A stretch of DNA of 64,000 nucleotides from contig OY761556.1 of assembly GCA_963664705.1 (NCBI GenBank), forward strand, positions 3,136,001-3,200,000, read 5' to 3'. Origin of the DNA: Acidobacteriota bacterium (GTDB taxonomy: Bacteria > Acidobacteriota > UBA6911). Below the pieces are notes generated by a model, which saw nothing but the letters and a program-made list of their open reading frames with translations, made no database searches and was not told the origin of the DNA. Of this stretch, positions 10,511 through 19,121 are shown one piece after another. The translations under genes and the position numbers were made by a program. The first letter of the stretch is position 1. Each line of letters begins with the position of its first letter.

Positions 10511-10833
10511 AGGAAGTAGCTCTATTCAAGCTGGCTCACGGACGAAGCGGAGACAAAGGGGACACCGTCAACTGCGGCATCATTGCCAGAAGGCCTGAAT
10601 ACTACGACATCCTTGTCCACGAAGTTACGGCGGAACGCGTAAAAGCCCATTTTGGGAGTTTTTGCAAAGGAACAGTCACCCGATACGAACTGCCCAAAAT
10701 ACAAGCGCTCAATTTTGTTCTCACTCAAACGCTCGGCGGGGGAGGAACGGTATCCCTGCGTCTCGATCCTCAGGGAAAAACCTATGCGGCAGCCTTGATG
10801 CGTATGAAAGTGCGTATCCCGGACGAAAAATAA
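10507..10833 (+). CDS. Small protein resembling the AtuA C-terminal domain
   Basis: AHGRSGDKGD, LGGGG, LDPQGK; ATGA overlap with the upstream gene. Confidence 0.88.
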   Translation: MKEVALFKLAHGRSGDKGDTVNCGIIARRPEYYDILVHEVTAERVKAHFGSFCKGTVTRYELPKIQALNFVLTQTLGGGGTVSLRLDPQGKTYAAALMRMKVRIPDEK

Positions 10834-10880
10834 TTCGAAGGGAAAGCCGCCGCACCCGGTCCTCGGAAAAAAAATGGAGA

Positions 10881-12041
10881 TCATGCCTTCAAAAGCTTGG
10901 AGCGCAGGATCTCATCTTTTGCAATGTCGATGGCCGTCCAGGCCATGGCCAATGCACCGTCATTCACCGCTTTATCCGCCGACGCACTGATGCAGTGCGC
11001 GGTAAATTCCCGCTGATGATTGACGGCCGGCATGGAATCGATCCCGATCATCGGGTGAATGGATGGAATCACGAGCGATATATTCCCCATATCGGTGGAG
11101 GCAGCCGATTTTTGCGCTTCCGCTCCCAGGGGTGGGAACGCCCGGCCCAGGGCTTCGGAGTTGTTTCGATAGTAAGCCGCTATCTCCAGGTTGTGAATCA
11201 TATGGGAATACGGTTTGTCGCCTCCGATAATTCTCATCCTGGATCCCGTGGCCAGAGCTCCCGCTTCGAAACATTTGTAAACACGCGGCCGCAGCTTTTC
11301 CAGGTCCGCAGTCGTCTCACCGCGAACGATATAGCGCGCCCGCGTCAGCGCCGGTATCACGTTGGGAGCCTCTCCGCCGTTTGTGATGATTCCGTGAATC
11401 CTGTCCGTGGGCAGAATGTGCTGGCGCAACAGGCCGATTGCAGTTTGTGCAATGGTGAGTGCATCAGCGGCGTTGATGCCGTGCTCCGGGTAAGCGGATG
11501 CATGTGCCTCCTTTCCAACATATTCAACCTCAAACATGGACGCAGCGATCACCTTGGGGGTCAAAAGGTTAAAGGGTGAGGGATGAATCATCATGGCCGC
11601 ATGGATGCCGGCAAATCCACCTCTTTCGAGCAAAAGGATCTTTCCCCCGGCATTCCCCAGTTCCTCGGCAGGAGTTCCAATCACGGAAACTGTCATTCCG
11701 ACATCGTCGGCTGCGGCGGATGCGGCAATCCCGGCTCCAACGGCAGCCCCGGCGATGATGTTATGGCCACAGGCGTGCCCGATTGCGGGCAGCGCATCGT
11801 ATTCGGCACAAATCGCCACATGAAGAGGTCCTCTGCCTGCAGTCGCGATAAAGGCCGTCGGCAGATCGCAGATGCCTGTCTTCACGCTGAAACCCGCTTC
11901 GCGCAAAAGCTCGCAAATCCAGGCTGCCGACTTCACCTCTTCAAAGCCGATTTCGGGATTGCCGTGGATCCGGTGACTTAAATCGATGATGCGTTTCTGG
12001 AATTGATCGTACTTTGCCCGAGCTGCAGATTTTGCCTCCAC
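10881..12041 (-). CDS. M20 family amidohydrolase
   Basis: [37 protein letters not shown]. Confidence 0.92.
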   Translation of the reverse strand: MEAKSAARAKYDQFQKRIIDLSHRIHGNPEIGFEEVKSAAWICELLREAGFSVKTGICDLPTAFIATAGRGPLHVAICAEYDALPAIGHACGHNIIAGAAVGAGIAASAAADDVGMTVSVIGTPAEELGNAGGKILLLERGGFAGIHAAMMIHPSPFNLLTPKVIAASMFEVEYVGKEAHASAYPEHGINAADALTIAQTAIGLLRQHILPTDRIHGIITNGGEAPNVIPALTRARYIVRGETTADLEKLRPRVYKCFEAGALATGSRMRIIGGDKPYSHMIHNLEIAAYYRNNSEALGRAFPPLGAEAQKSAASTDMGNISLVIPSIHPMIGIDSMPAVNHQREFTAHCISASADKAVNDGALAMAWTAIDIAKDEILRSKLLKA

Positions 12042-12195
12042 TATCCACTCTCCTTTTCACTCCGACCTTCCCAATATTACTACAGGAATGCAAGGATTCT
12101 CTGCCGGAGCTTCAACCAATTTTGGCCAGGCATGTAAAGTCCCTCAAACTTTTCATTCCGTTGTATTAAAATGGTGCGTCTCAGGAGAGTACGCA

Positions 12196-13218
12196 ATGTT
12201 AGTGATAATGAAATCGCATGCTACAAAAGAAGAGGTTGACGCAGTCTGCCGTAAGATTGAGTCCTTGGGGTACAAACCGCATCCCATTCCCGGCAGCACC
12301 CGGACGGCAATCGGCATAACCGGGAACCAGGGACAGATTGAGGCGGCGGCGCTGGAATCCCTCTCGGGAGTCGGGGAGTGCGTTCCGGTTTCCAAGCCCT
12401 ACAAACTCGTTGGCCGCGAGCTGAAGGAAGACAAAACCATTGTTGATTTAGGAGATGGAGTACGCATCGGGGGCAGGGAGCTTGCGATTATCGCCGGGCC
12501 ATGCGCGGTGGAAAGCCGCGAGCAGACACGGGCGGTGGCGGAAAAGGTCGCGGCTGCAGGAGCAAAGCTCTTGCGCGGAGGCGCCTACAAGCCTCGCACA
12601 TCGCCGTACAGTTTTCAGGGCCTGGCAGAAGAGGGCTTGAAGATCCTTGCGGAAGTTCGTCGTGATTTCGGATTGAAGATCGTTACGGAAGCCATCGATG
12701 TTGAAAGCCTGGATCTGGTGGAGCGCTACAGCGATATGATCCAGATCGGGGCCAGGAATATGCAGAACTTTTCGCTTTTGAAGAGAGCCGGCCGATCGAA
12801 AACGCCCGTGCTTTTGAAGCGCGGGATTTCGGCTACCCTGGATGAGTTGCTGATGGCGGCGGAGTACATCCTTTCTGAGGGCAACTATAACGTGGTTCTG
12901 TGCGAGCGCGGCATCCGAACCTTCACGGATCATACTCGGAACACCCTGGATCTCAGCGTAATTCCAGCCGTCCAGCGGCTGAGCCATTTGCCAATCATCG
13001 TGGACCCCAGCCATGGCACAGGCCGCAGGGAGAAAGTCATCCCGCTCTCGCGCGCCGCCATTGCGGTGGGGGCGGACGGGCTGATGATCGAGGTGCACGA
13101 TCAGCCTGAAGAAGCCTTATCGGATGGCAACCAATCCATACAGCCGCCGGAATTCCGGCAGTTGATGTCCGAAATATCGCAGATTGCATCCGTCGTCGGC
13201 AGATCGATGATGCGCTGA
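12196..13218 (+). CDS. aroF: DAHP synthase (type I-beta, N-terminal regulatory domain)
   Basis: [42 protein letters not shown]. Confidence 0.95.
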   Translation: MLVIMKSHATKEEVDAVCRKIESLGYKPHPIPGSTRTAIGITGNQGQIEAAALESLSGVGECVPVSKPYKLVGRELKEDKTIVDLGDGVRIGGRELAIIAGPCAVESREQTRAVAEKVAAAGAKLLRGGAYKPRTSPYSFQGLAEEGLKILAEVRRDFGLKIVTEAIDVESLDLVERYSDMIQIGARNMQNFSLLKRAGRSKTPVLLKRGISATLDELLMAAEYILSEGNYNVVLCERGIRTFTDHTRNTLDLSVIPAVQRLSHLPIIVDPSHGTGRREKVIPLSRAAIAVGADGLMIEVHDQPEEALSDGNQSIQPPEFRQLMSEISQIASVVGRSMMR

Positions 13219-13366
13219 TTGCGGAGCACTGCCGGCAGATTTTCCAGCAGTCAACAAGGGTACGGAATTGGCGCCGATAATGCGAAACGCCGGCAACAGC
13301 CAATACCCAAATATGTAAGCGGGCAGCTTGATCAGCCGCACCAAGGATTCGTATTGCGGAGCAGGC

Positions 13367-14272
13367 ATGAATATTCTGGTTTCCGGATCCACAGGGCTCA
13401 TCGGTTCCGAATTGGTTTCTTTTCTTTCCGCGAACCAGCACCAGGTGCTCCGGCTGGTTCGTCATCCCGACACTAGGCCGGGTGAAATTTACTGGGATCC
13501 GAATGCCGGAGTGCTGAATCCTCAATCGCTCGAAGGTATCGATGCCGTTGTTCATCTCGCCGGAGAAAATCTTGCAGCCGGGCGATGGACTGTTGAGAGA
13601 AAACGACGAATCCGGGAGAGCCGCATCAAAGGCACGCAACTCCTGGCTCAAACGATGGCTCGCCTTTTTGATCCCCCAAAGGTCCTGGTCAGTGTTTCAG
13701 CCGTCGGCTATTACGGCGACAGGGGTGACGAGCGACTGGATGAGGAAAGCGATCCGGGAACAGGTTTTCTTCCGGATCTATGCCGCCAGTGGGAAGCCGC
13801 AACACAAGCGGCGATGCTGCGGGGGATTCGCGTGGTCATCCCGAGAGTTGGAATGGTTCTGAGCCCCAAAGGAGGAGCCTTGCCATTGATGCTTCCGGTA
13901 TTCCGACTGGGAATCGGCGGCAGGCTCGGCTCGGGACGACAGTTCATGAGTTGGATTTCGCTGGAAGACATGGTGGGGGTAATTCATCACGTCATGAATA
14001 ATCATTTTCTGCAGGGCCCCGTTAATGCGGTATCGCCCAATCCTGTAACGAACCGCGAGTTCACACAAACGTTGGCCGCCGCTCTTTCACGGCCATCGCC
14101 GTTCGTGCTCCCCTCTTTCGCTGCACGACTCGCTTTTGGAGAAATGGCCGACGAGGCGCTTCTCGCAAGTACAAGAGTTTACCCGGAACGCTTAAAGCAA
14201 TCGGGCTTCAAGTTTCAATTTCCGGATCTGGACAGTGCCTTACGGCAAAGCCTGCAAAAAAAAACGGCGTGA
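13367..14272 (+). CDS. TIGR01777-type NAD-dependent epimerase family protein
   Basis: SGSTGLIG, HLAGE, SAVGYYG, GSGRQFMSWI, GPVNAVSP. Confidence 0.9.
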   Translation: MNILVSGSTGLIGSELVSFLSANQHQVLRLVRHPDTRPGEIYWDPNAGVLNPQSLEGIDAVVHLAGENLAAGRWTVERKRRIRESRIKGTQLLAQTMARLFDPPKVLVSVSAVGYYGDRGDERLDEESDPGTGFLPDLCRQWEAATQAAMLRGIRVVIPRVGMVLSPKGGALPLMLPVFRLGIGGRLGSGRQFMSWISLEDMVGVIHHVMNNHFLQGPVNAVSPNPVTNREFTQTLAAALSRPSPFVLPSFAARLAFGEMADEALLASTRVYPERLKQSGFKFQFPDLDSALRQSLQKKTA

Positions 14273-14284
14273 GGGATCCTACCA

Positions 14285-14956
14285 TTGGCTCGATTGCAAC
14301 GAACCCCTGCCTCCTCTTTGCCCGATGCCAGACTTTTGTTCGACCCGATCACTCTCGGCCTGCGTGAATTCCCACGAAAGTTTTTTCGTCAGGATACGGT
14401 AACGATTGCCAAAGCGCTTATCGGAACGCTGCTGGCCCGCAAACATGAAGGCCGCTGGTACGGCGCCCGCATTGTTGAAACCGAGGCCTATCTCGGCGCA
14501 GGTGATGCGGCGGCGCATTCCTGGAAGGGGCGCAGAACGCCGCGCGTCGAACCGATGTATATGGATGGAGGACATCTCTACGTCTTTCTCGTTTATGGAA
14601 TGCACTCCTGCGCAAATATTGTAACCAGGCCGGAAGGCATTGGTGAAGCCGTTCTGCTAAGGGCCGCAGAAGCTCCATTCGGGCCGCAGGGAAGACTTCT
14701 GAGCGGCCCGGGCAAGTTGTGCGCAGCGCTCGGCATCACGGTAGCCTATACAGGCATTGACCTGCTTGCGCCGGGAGACCTGCGACTGTTTCAGGGAGAT
14801 GGCAGGGATATAAAGATAGGAACATCGCGTCGAATCGGAGTCGAGTACGCAGGAGAAGCGGCTGATTGGCAATTGCGCTTTTATGACACTGATTCCGGTG
14901 CGGTTTCCGGACCGCGTCGTCTGCGCAGCAACCCTGATCCCTGCCGGGACGGCTAA
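14285..14956 (+). CDS. mpg: DNA-3-methyladenine glycosylase (MPG/AAG)
   Basis: IVETEAY, YVFLVYGMH, AVLLRA, GPGKLC, RIGV; start uncertain; stop TAA is the first three bases of the MITE. Confidence 0.9.
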   Translation: MARLQRTPASSLPDARLLFDPITLGLREFPRKFFRQDTVTIAKALIGTLLARKHEGRWYGARIVETEAYLGAGDAAAHSWKGRRTPRVEPMYMDGGHLYVFLVYGMHSCANIVTRPEGIGEAVLLRAAEAPFGPQGRLLSGPGKLCAALGITVAYTGIDLLAPGDLRLFQGDGRDIKIGTSRRIGVEYAGEAADWQLRFYDTDSGAVSGPRRLRSNPDPCRDG

Positions 14957-15244
14957 TGCTGCATGATATCTGCTCAAGGACAATGCATATCAGCCCCGAG
15001 GCCTGAAGGGGCGGCAGAATTCCCATCTTTCGCCCTTCATAGAAGGGCTCTTTCTCGCGCTTGTCTATACCAGGGGTTCGCTGCGCTTCACCCCTGGCCA
15101 CTTGCTGATCGCCCTGCCGGGGCTGGTTGCTGGCCTGATCCAATCCGGGCGGTCGCTTTAGCCCTGGGCTACTCTCTTTCGGCCTTCCAGAGCCTGGTGC
15201 CCCACTCGCGCCGCAGGGCTCAGAACAAATATTATGCAGCATTG
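14954..15244. mobile_element. Non-autonomous MITE with IS4-like ends and 11-bp target-site duplication
   Basis: Terminal inverted repeats TAATGCTGCATGATATCTGCTC and (reverse complement) CAATGCTGCATAATATTTGTTC, 18/22 match; flanking GCCGGGACGGC at 14943-14953 and 15245-15255; internal hairpins. Confidence 0.75.
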
Positions 15245-15291
15245 GCCGGGACGGCGGCGCTCCCTTTGTGGACTCGATTCGTTCGGTGGTT

Positions 15292-15735
15292 CTAAAGAGT
15301 GATTCTACCGTCGGAACGAAAAGCCGACTTGATATCCTCCATCAGTTCTTCCGCACTCCTGAATCCCAAAATCCGATCCACTTCACGACCGGAGGAATCC
15401 AGGAGAATCAGCGTGGGAAACCCATCGATCCCATATCGCCGAGCCAACCGGTTTCCCTGGGGATCCGTGTCTTGAAACACTCGGACCAATACATAGCTTT
15501 GTGAAAACTTGATGAACTCCCTATCCGGATAGACCTCACGGGCCATTCTTCGGCACTGCGGTCACCAGCTTGCCGAAATATCCAGGATAATGGACTTCTT
15601 TTCCCTGGCAGCCTGCTTCAGAGCATCGTCGAAATTCTTGACCCAGGCAACCTGAGCAACCGCTACTCCCTGGCACAATACCAGCAGCACGAATACAATC
15701 GAAAGCAACTGTCGGCTCCTGCAAAACGGATGCAT
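15292..15735 (-). CDS. Exported thioredoxin-family protein, probable selenoprotein (UxxC)
   Basis: RBS GGGAGG and ATG 15735; signal peptide; VAWVKNFDDALKQAAREKKSIILDISASW-TGA(15562-15564)-PQCRRM, continuing in frame to YGIDGFPTLILLD. Confidence 0.85.
15520..15561 (-). promoter_or_regulatory. Candidate bacterial SECIS hairpin
   Basis: 21 nt after the UGA a loop CGUGA is closed by AUGGCC/GGUCUAU (bulged U); the region also contains AGGUCU; folded by eye only. Confidence 0.5.
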
Positions 15736-15756
15736 CTTAACCTCCCACCGGCATTT

Positions 15757-17268
15757 CTATTTCGGGTACACCATTGTCAACGGGTCCGGAAGCGGAATAC
15801 GAGTGATCTTGCCTGTTGATATTTTCTGAAACGAATATTCCGGCTTGTCCGGATTGCCTTTGATCATGTCATCGACATTCCCGACCGCCAATATTACAAG
15901 CTTATCAGGATGCAGATACGCATTCGCGACCCTCTGGACATCCGCTATTGTAACAGCCTTCACCTTATCCCGGTATGTATCCCAATAATCAGGAGCACGT
16001 CCCGTGAACTCATCGCGCGCAAAGGTATCGGCTATGGCAGACGCGGATGCAAATAGCCTTGGAAAAACTTCGATCGCCTGATTCTTGACAATCTCCAGTT
16101 CCTCCGCGGAAACCTTTTCGTCGCGGATTTTTCGAATCTCCTCGAGGACAATCTGGGCAGCCTGGGCAGCGGTTGCACTTTTGCTTTGAAACGCGGCGCA
16201 GAATTGGCCTTCATAATAAACGCCGGCCGAATAGGCCGAACCAGCGTCATATGCCAGCCCCTCATCAGAGCGCACGCGGTTCATAATGCGGGAAGAAAAT
16301 CCGGATCCACCCAAAATTTCATTCATCATGTCGATGGCATATTCATCCGGATTGCCTCTCATGATCCCAAGGTGTCCGATCGATACGCGTCCCTGATTGA
16401 CATCCGGTTTGTTCACCATATAGATGCCGGGGACAGGGGTGAAGTCCGGTTTCGGCACTGCCGGCACAGAGCCGTTCGTGTTCGGCCATCCCGCCATGGC
16501 CTTTTCCAGCTTTGCCTTCATCTCGGCGGTTTTAAAATCCCCGGAGACAGCCAGAATCATATTGCCGGGGTGATAGTAGCGCTTGTGAAAGCTGATCAGA
16601 TCCTCCCTGGTCAGCGAAGAGATGGAGTTCTTTGTACTGTATCTGGTTGAGAAGTGCTTTTCTCCGCGAAGCAGGCGATTCCACTCCCGGAACTCAATAT
16701 CTTCGGTTCGATCATTGCGGCGCTCGATGGACTGGAGCACCTGGCTTTTATAAAGATCCAATCGGTCCTGCTGGAATGCAGGGTTTTGAAGCATATCAAA
16801 GAAAAGCGCCAGGGCTTTATCCGCGTCCTTTGCCATAAAGTTGATGGAAGCGTTGCCCGAAGTCGCACTAATGGAACTGGTAATTGTCGCGGCGAGAAAA
16901 TCAGTTTCTTCATCAAAGGCCGCGGCATCATATTTGGCAGTTCCTCCGGATCGCATCTGGTTGGCCGTTGTGGCACTCAGTCCTTCTTTCCCCGCCGGAT
17001 CCAGGTAACTGCCGGTGTGAAACATTACCAATACATTCACCAACGGCAGATCGTGATCTTCCACAAAGTAGCCAACCGCGCCGTTATTGAGCACCTGTCG
17101 AAAGGCGGATGCCTTTGGAGGCGTGTACGGTAAAGAGGGATATTTGAGTTCACGGGGATGGGCAGGGATTGGATTCCGGCGAACTGTCTGGCTGAGGCAG
17201 AGGGAACCGGCGATAAGACAGCAGACGATCAAAATAGAAACACCCTGGATTCTCGTATGCCGATGCAT
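15757..17268 (-). CDS. M16 (pitrilysin) family peptidase, non-catalytic subunit
   Basis: EDHDLPLV, ILGGSGFSSRIMNRVRSDEGLAY (R/Y pair); lacks HXXEH. Confidence 0.9.
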   Translation of the reverse strand: MHRHTRIQGVSILIVCCLIAGSLCLSQTVRRNPIPAHPRELKYPSLPYTPPKASAFRQVLNNGAVGYFVEDHDLPLVNVLVMFHTGSYLDPAGKEGLSATTANQMRSGGTAKYDAAAFDEETDFLAATITSSISATSGNASINFMAKDADKALALFFDMLQNPAFQQDRLDLYKSQVLQSIERRNDRTEDIEFREWNRLLRGEKHFSTRYSTKNSISSLTREDLISFHKRYYHPGNMILAVSGDFKTAEMKAKLEKAMAGWPNTNGSVPAVPKPDFTPVPGIYMVNKPDVNQGRVSIGHLGIMRGNPDEYAIDMMNEILGGSGFSSRIMNRVRSDEGLAYDAGSAYSAGVYYEGQFCAAFQSKSATAAQAAQIVLEEIRKIRDEKVSAEELEIVKNQAIEVFPRLFASASAIADTFARDEFTGRAPDYWDTYRDKVKAVTIADVQRVANAYLHPDKLVILAVGNVDDMIKGNPDKPEYSFQKISTGKITRIPLPDPLTMVYPK

Positions 17269-18992
17269 TATTTCCCTCCGTTCTGAATTTTTGCCTGCAG
17301 CAGTTTGGATAGAGCTTCCACAAAATTCTTCTTGTCGGGAGGTGCGGAGTCCCGCTGCGATTCCAGCTTTTGCAGGATCGCTTTTGCCTCATCCATGGGC
17401 ATCTGAGCCAGCGCCTGCTTAAGCTGACGGACTTGCACTTTTTCCTGTTCACTCAAACCCGTAAGCAGCGGATCCTCTCCTTCGCCGGACTCCGATTTCC
17501 TGGTGTAGTACAACGCCACCGTGCGATTTTCGGGCTTGAAGTACTGATTGGCGACTCGCTGAACGTCTTCTGCAGTAACGGCGGCCAGCTTTGGGGGATC
17601 CTCGTTAAAGCTCTGCCACCCTCGGTTGCTTTCGGCCAGAAGCATCTGCAACATCAGATAAAACCGGCTCTCCAGTTTCCGGTAGTTATCCGCCGCAAAC
17701 TGGTTTTTTACCTTCTGCAGTTCTCTCTCTCCCACCTTTTCTTTTTGAAGCTTTTCGATCTCCCGGTAAAGCGCCTGCTCCACGATTTCGGGAGTGCTCC
17801 CGGGCTTGGCCACTCCTCCGAGCGAAAAATAGCCTTCCCACTTCATTCCATTCTGGCCCGCCGAGGCGCTGTTGGCGATCTTCTGGTCAAGCACGAGAGA
17901 TTTGTACAGCCGTCCGGTTTTTCCATTCAACAAAGCGCCCAGCACAACCAGCGCCGGCTCATTAACATGACCATCCGCCACCGAGTGATATCGGATCTCG
18001 ACTTCCGGATTGGTTTCCGCATACGCGATCATTCGCTTTTCCGCCATCTGCTCTACTTCCCGAGTCCTCACGGGGGGCTGCGGTTGCGGGTTTCGCTTCA
18101 GCCGGCCGAAATATCGATCGGCCAATTGCCGGGCCCGGGCGGGGTCAAAATCCCCGACCAGACAAGCGCTGACGTTATTGGGAGCATAATTCAACGCGAA
18201 GTAATCAAGAGCTTCCTGCCGGGTCAAACCGCTCAGATCGCTGGGCCAACCCACCACAGGCCAGGAATAGGGCGACGATGTCCAGAAAAGCGCGTTAAAC
18301 TGCTCATCAAATTTGCCGGTGGGAGTGCTGTCGGTCCGCATCCGTCTCTCTTCGAATACAACATCCCGCTCGGAGTAGAATTCACGAAAAACGGGATTAA
18401 GCAGTCGGTCGGATTCCATCCAGAACCACAGCTCCAGTTTGTTGGCCGGAACATTTATGAAATAAACGGTGTAATCTTCAGATGTTCCCGCGTTCAGGCT
18501 GCTGGCTCCCGCATTCGTATAAATCCTGTCGAATTCGTTTTGTACGATCAGGCTTTTGCTTTCTTTTTCAATCTTGTCCAATTCCTGCAAAAGCTCATTG
18601 TGACGGGCAGTGCGGTTCTTCGGATCCTGCAGATCCGAAATTTCTCCGAGCCGCAGGCGTTTGATCTGCGCCTGCTCTTCTTTCCGAATCTCGGCCTTTA
18701 CGGAATCCATCTGCGCCATCAGCGCCAGGTCTTTTTGAATATCCCGCGTCCCGATGACATGAGTGCCTTTGAACATCATGTGTTCAAAGAGATGCGACAG
18801 CCCGGTTATCCCCGGACGTTCGTTGACCGAGCCGACCTTCGCCACCCAGCCCGCCGCAATATTGGGATCTCCCTTTTTAGGAATCATCAGCAGCTTCAGC
18901 CCGTTGGGCAGGACGTATTCCTGAACAGAGACCTGCTGCGCCCAAATCACCGGAGACAGAAGAAACACCCAGAGAACAACGAATCGCTTCAT
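17268..18992 (-). CDS. M16 family peptidase, catalytic subunit
   Basis: GLSHLFEHMMFKG (HXXEH), NAGTSEDYTVY, ESDR, EERRMR; start/stop overlap with partner. Confidence 0.93.
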   Translation of the reverse strand: MKRFVVLWVFLLSPVIWAQQVSVQEYVLPNGLKLLMIPKKGDPNIAAGWVAKVGSVNERPGITGLSHLFEHMMFKGTHVIGTRDIQKDLALMAQMDSVKAEIRKEEQAQIKRLRLGEISDLQDPKNRTARHNELLQELDKIEKESKSLIVQNEFDRIYTNAGASSLNAGTSEDYTVYFINVPANKLELWFWMESDRLLNPVFREFYSERDVVFEERRMRTDSTPTGKFDEQFNALFWTSSPYSWPVVGWPSDLSGLTRQEALDYFALNYAPNNVSACLVGDFDPARARQLADRYFGRLKRNPQPQPPVRTREVEQMAEKRMIAYAETNPEVEIRYHSVADGHVNEPALVVLGALLNGKTGRLYKSLVLDQKIANSASAGQNGMKWEGYFSLGGVAKPGSTPEIVEQALYREIEKLQKEKVGERELQKVKNQFAADNYRKLESRFYLMLQMLLAESNRGWQSFNEDPPKLAAVTAEDVQRVANQYFKPENRTVALYYTRKSESGEGEDPLLTGLSEQEKVQVRQLKQALAQMPMDEAKAILQKLESQRDSAPPDKKNFVEALSKLLQAKIQNGGK

Positions 18993-19054
18993 ATCTACTC
19001 TCCATACAGTTCACTTAAATTTACTTTAACTGCAGCAGGATACAAGGAGGTGTT

Positions 19055-19108
19055 GGCTTTCAGGCTGCCGGTCGCAAAAGCAACCGCTGCAATCGGCAGC
19101 CCGAAGCC
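19055..19108 (-). terminator. Hairpin downstream of aceE
   Basis: GGCTGCCG (19063-19070) / CGGCAGCC (19094-19101) with extended outer pairing. Confidence 0.5.
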
Positions 19109-19121
19109 GGAAAACCGGGCA

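Noticed and set aside
14736-15295. ORFs of 168 and 110 aa across the MITE as a possible transposase
   Set aside because: No DDE or HUH motifs; they are translations of GC-rich hairpin repeats
15536-15724. 62-aa ORF with CSGC as a possible frameshifted first half of the thioredoxin
   Set aside because: The real N-terminal half is in frame with the C-terminal half across the TGA, so no frameshift is needed
15292-15735. Pseudogene interpretation of the thioredoxin
   Set aside because: The only lesion is a TGA at the catalytic Cys position, with RBS, signal peptide and fold motifs intact; less likely than Sec but not formally excluded
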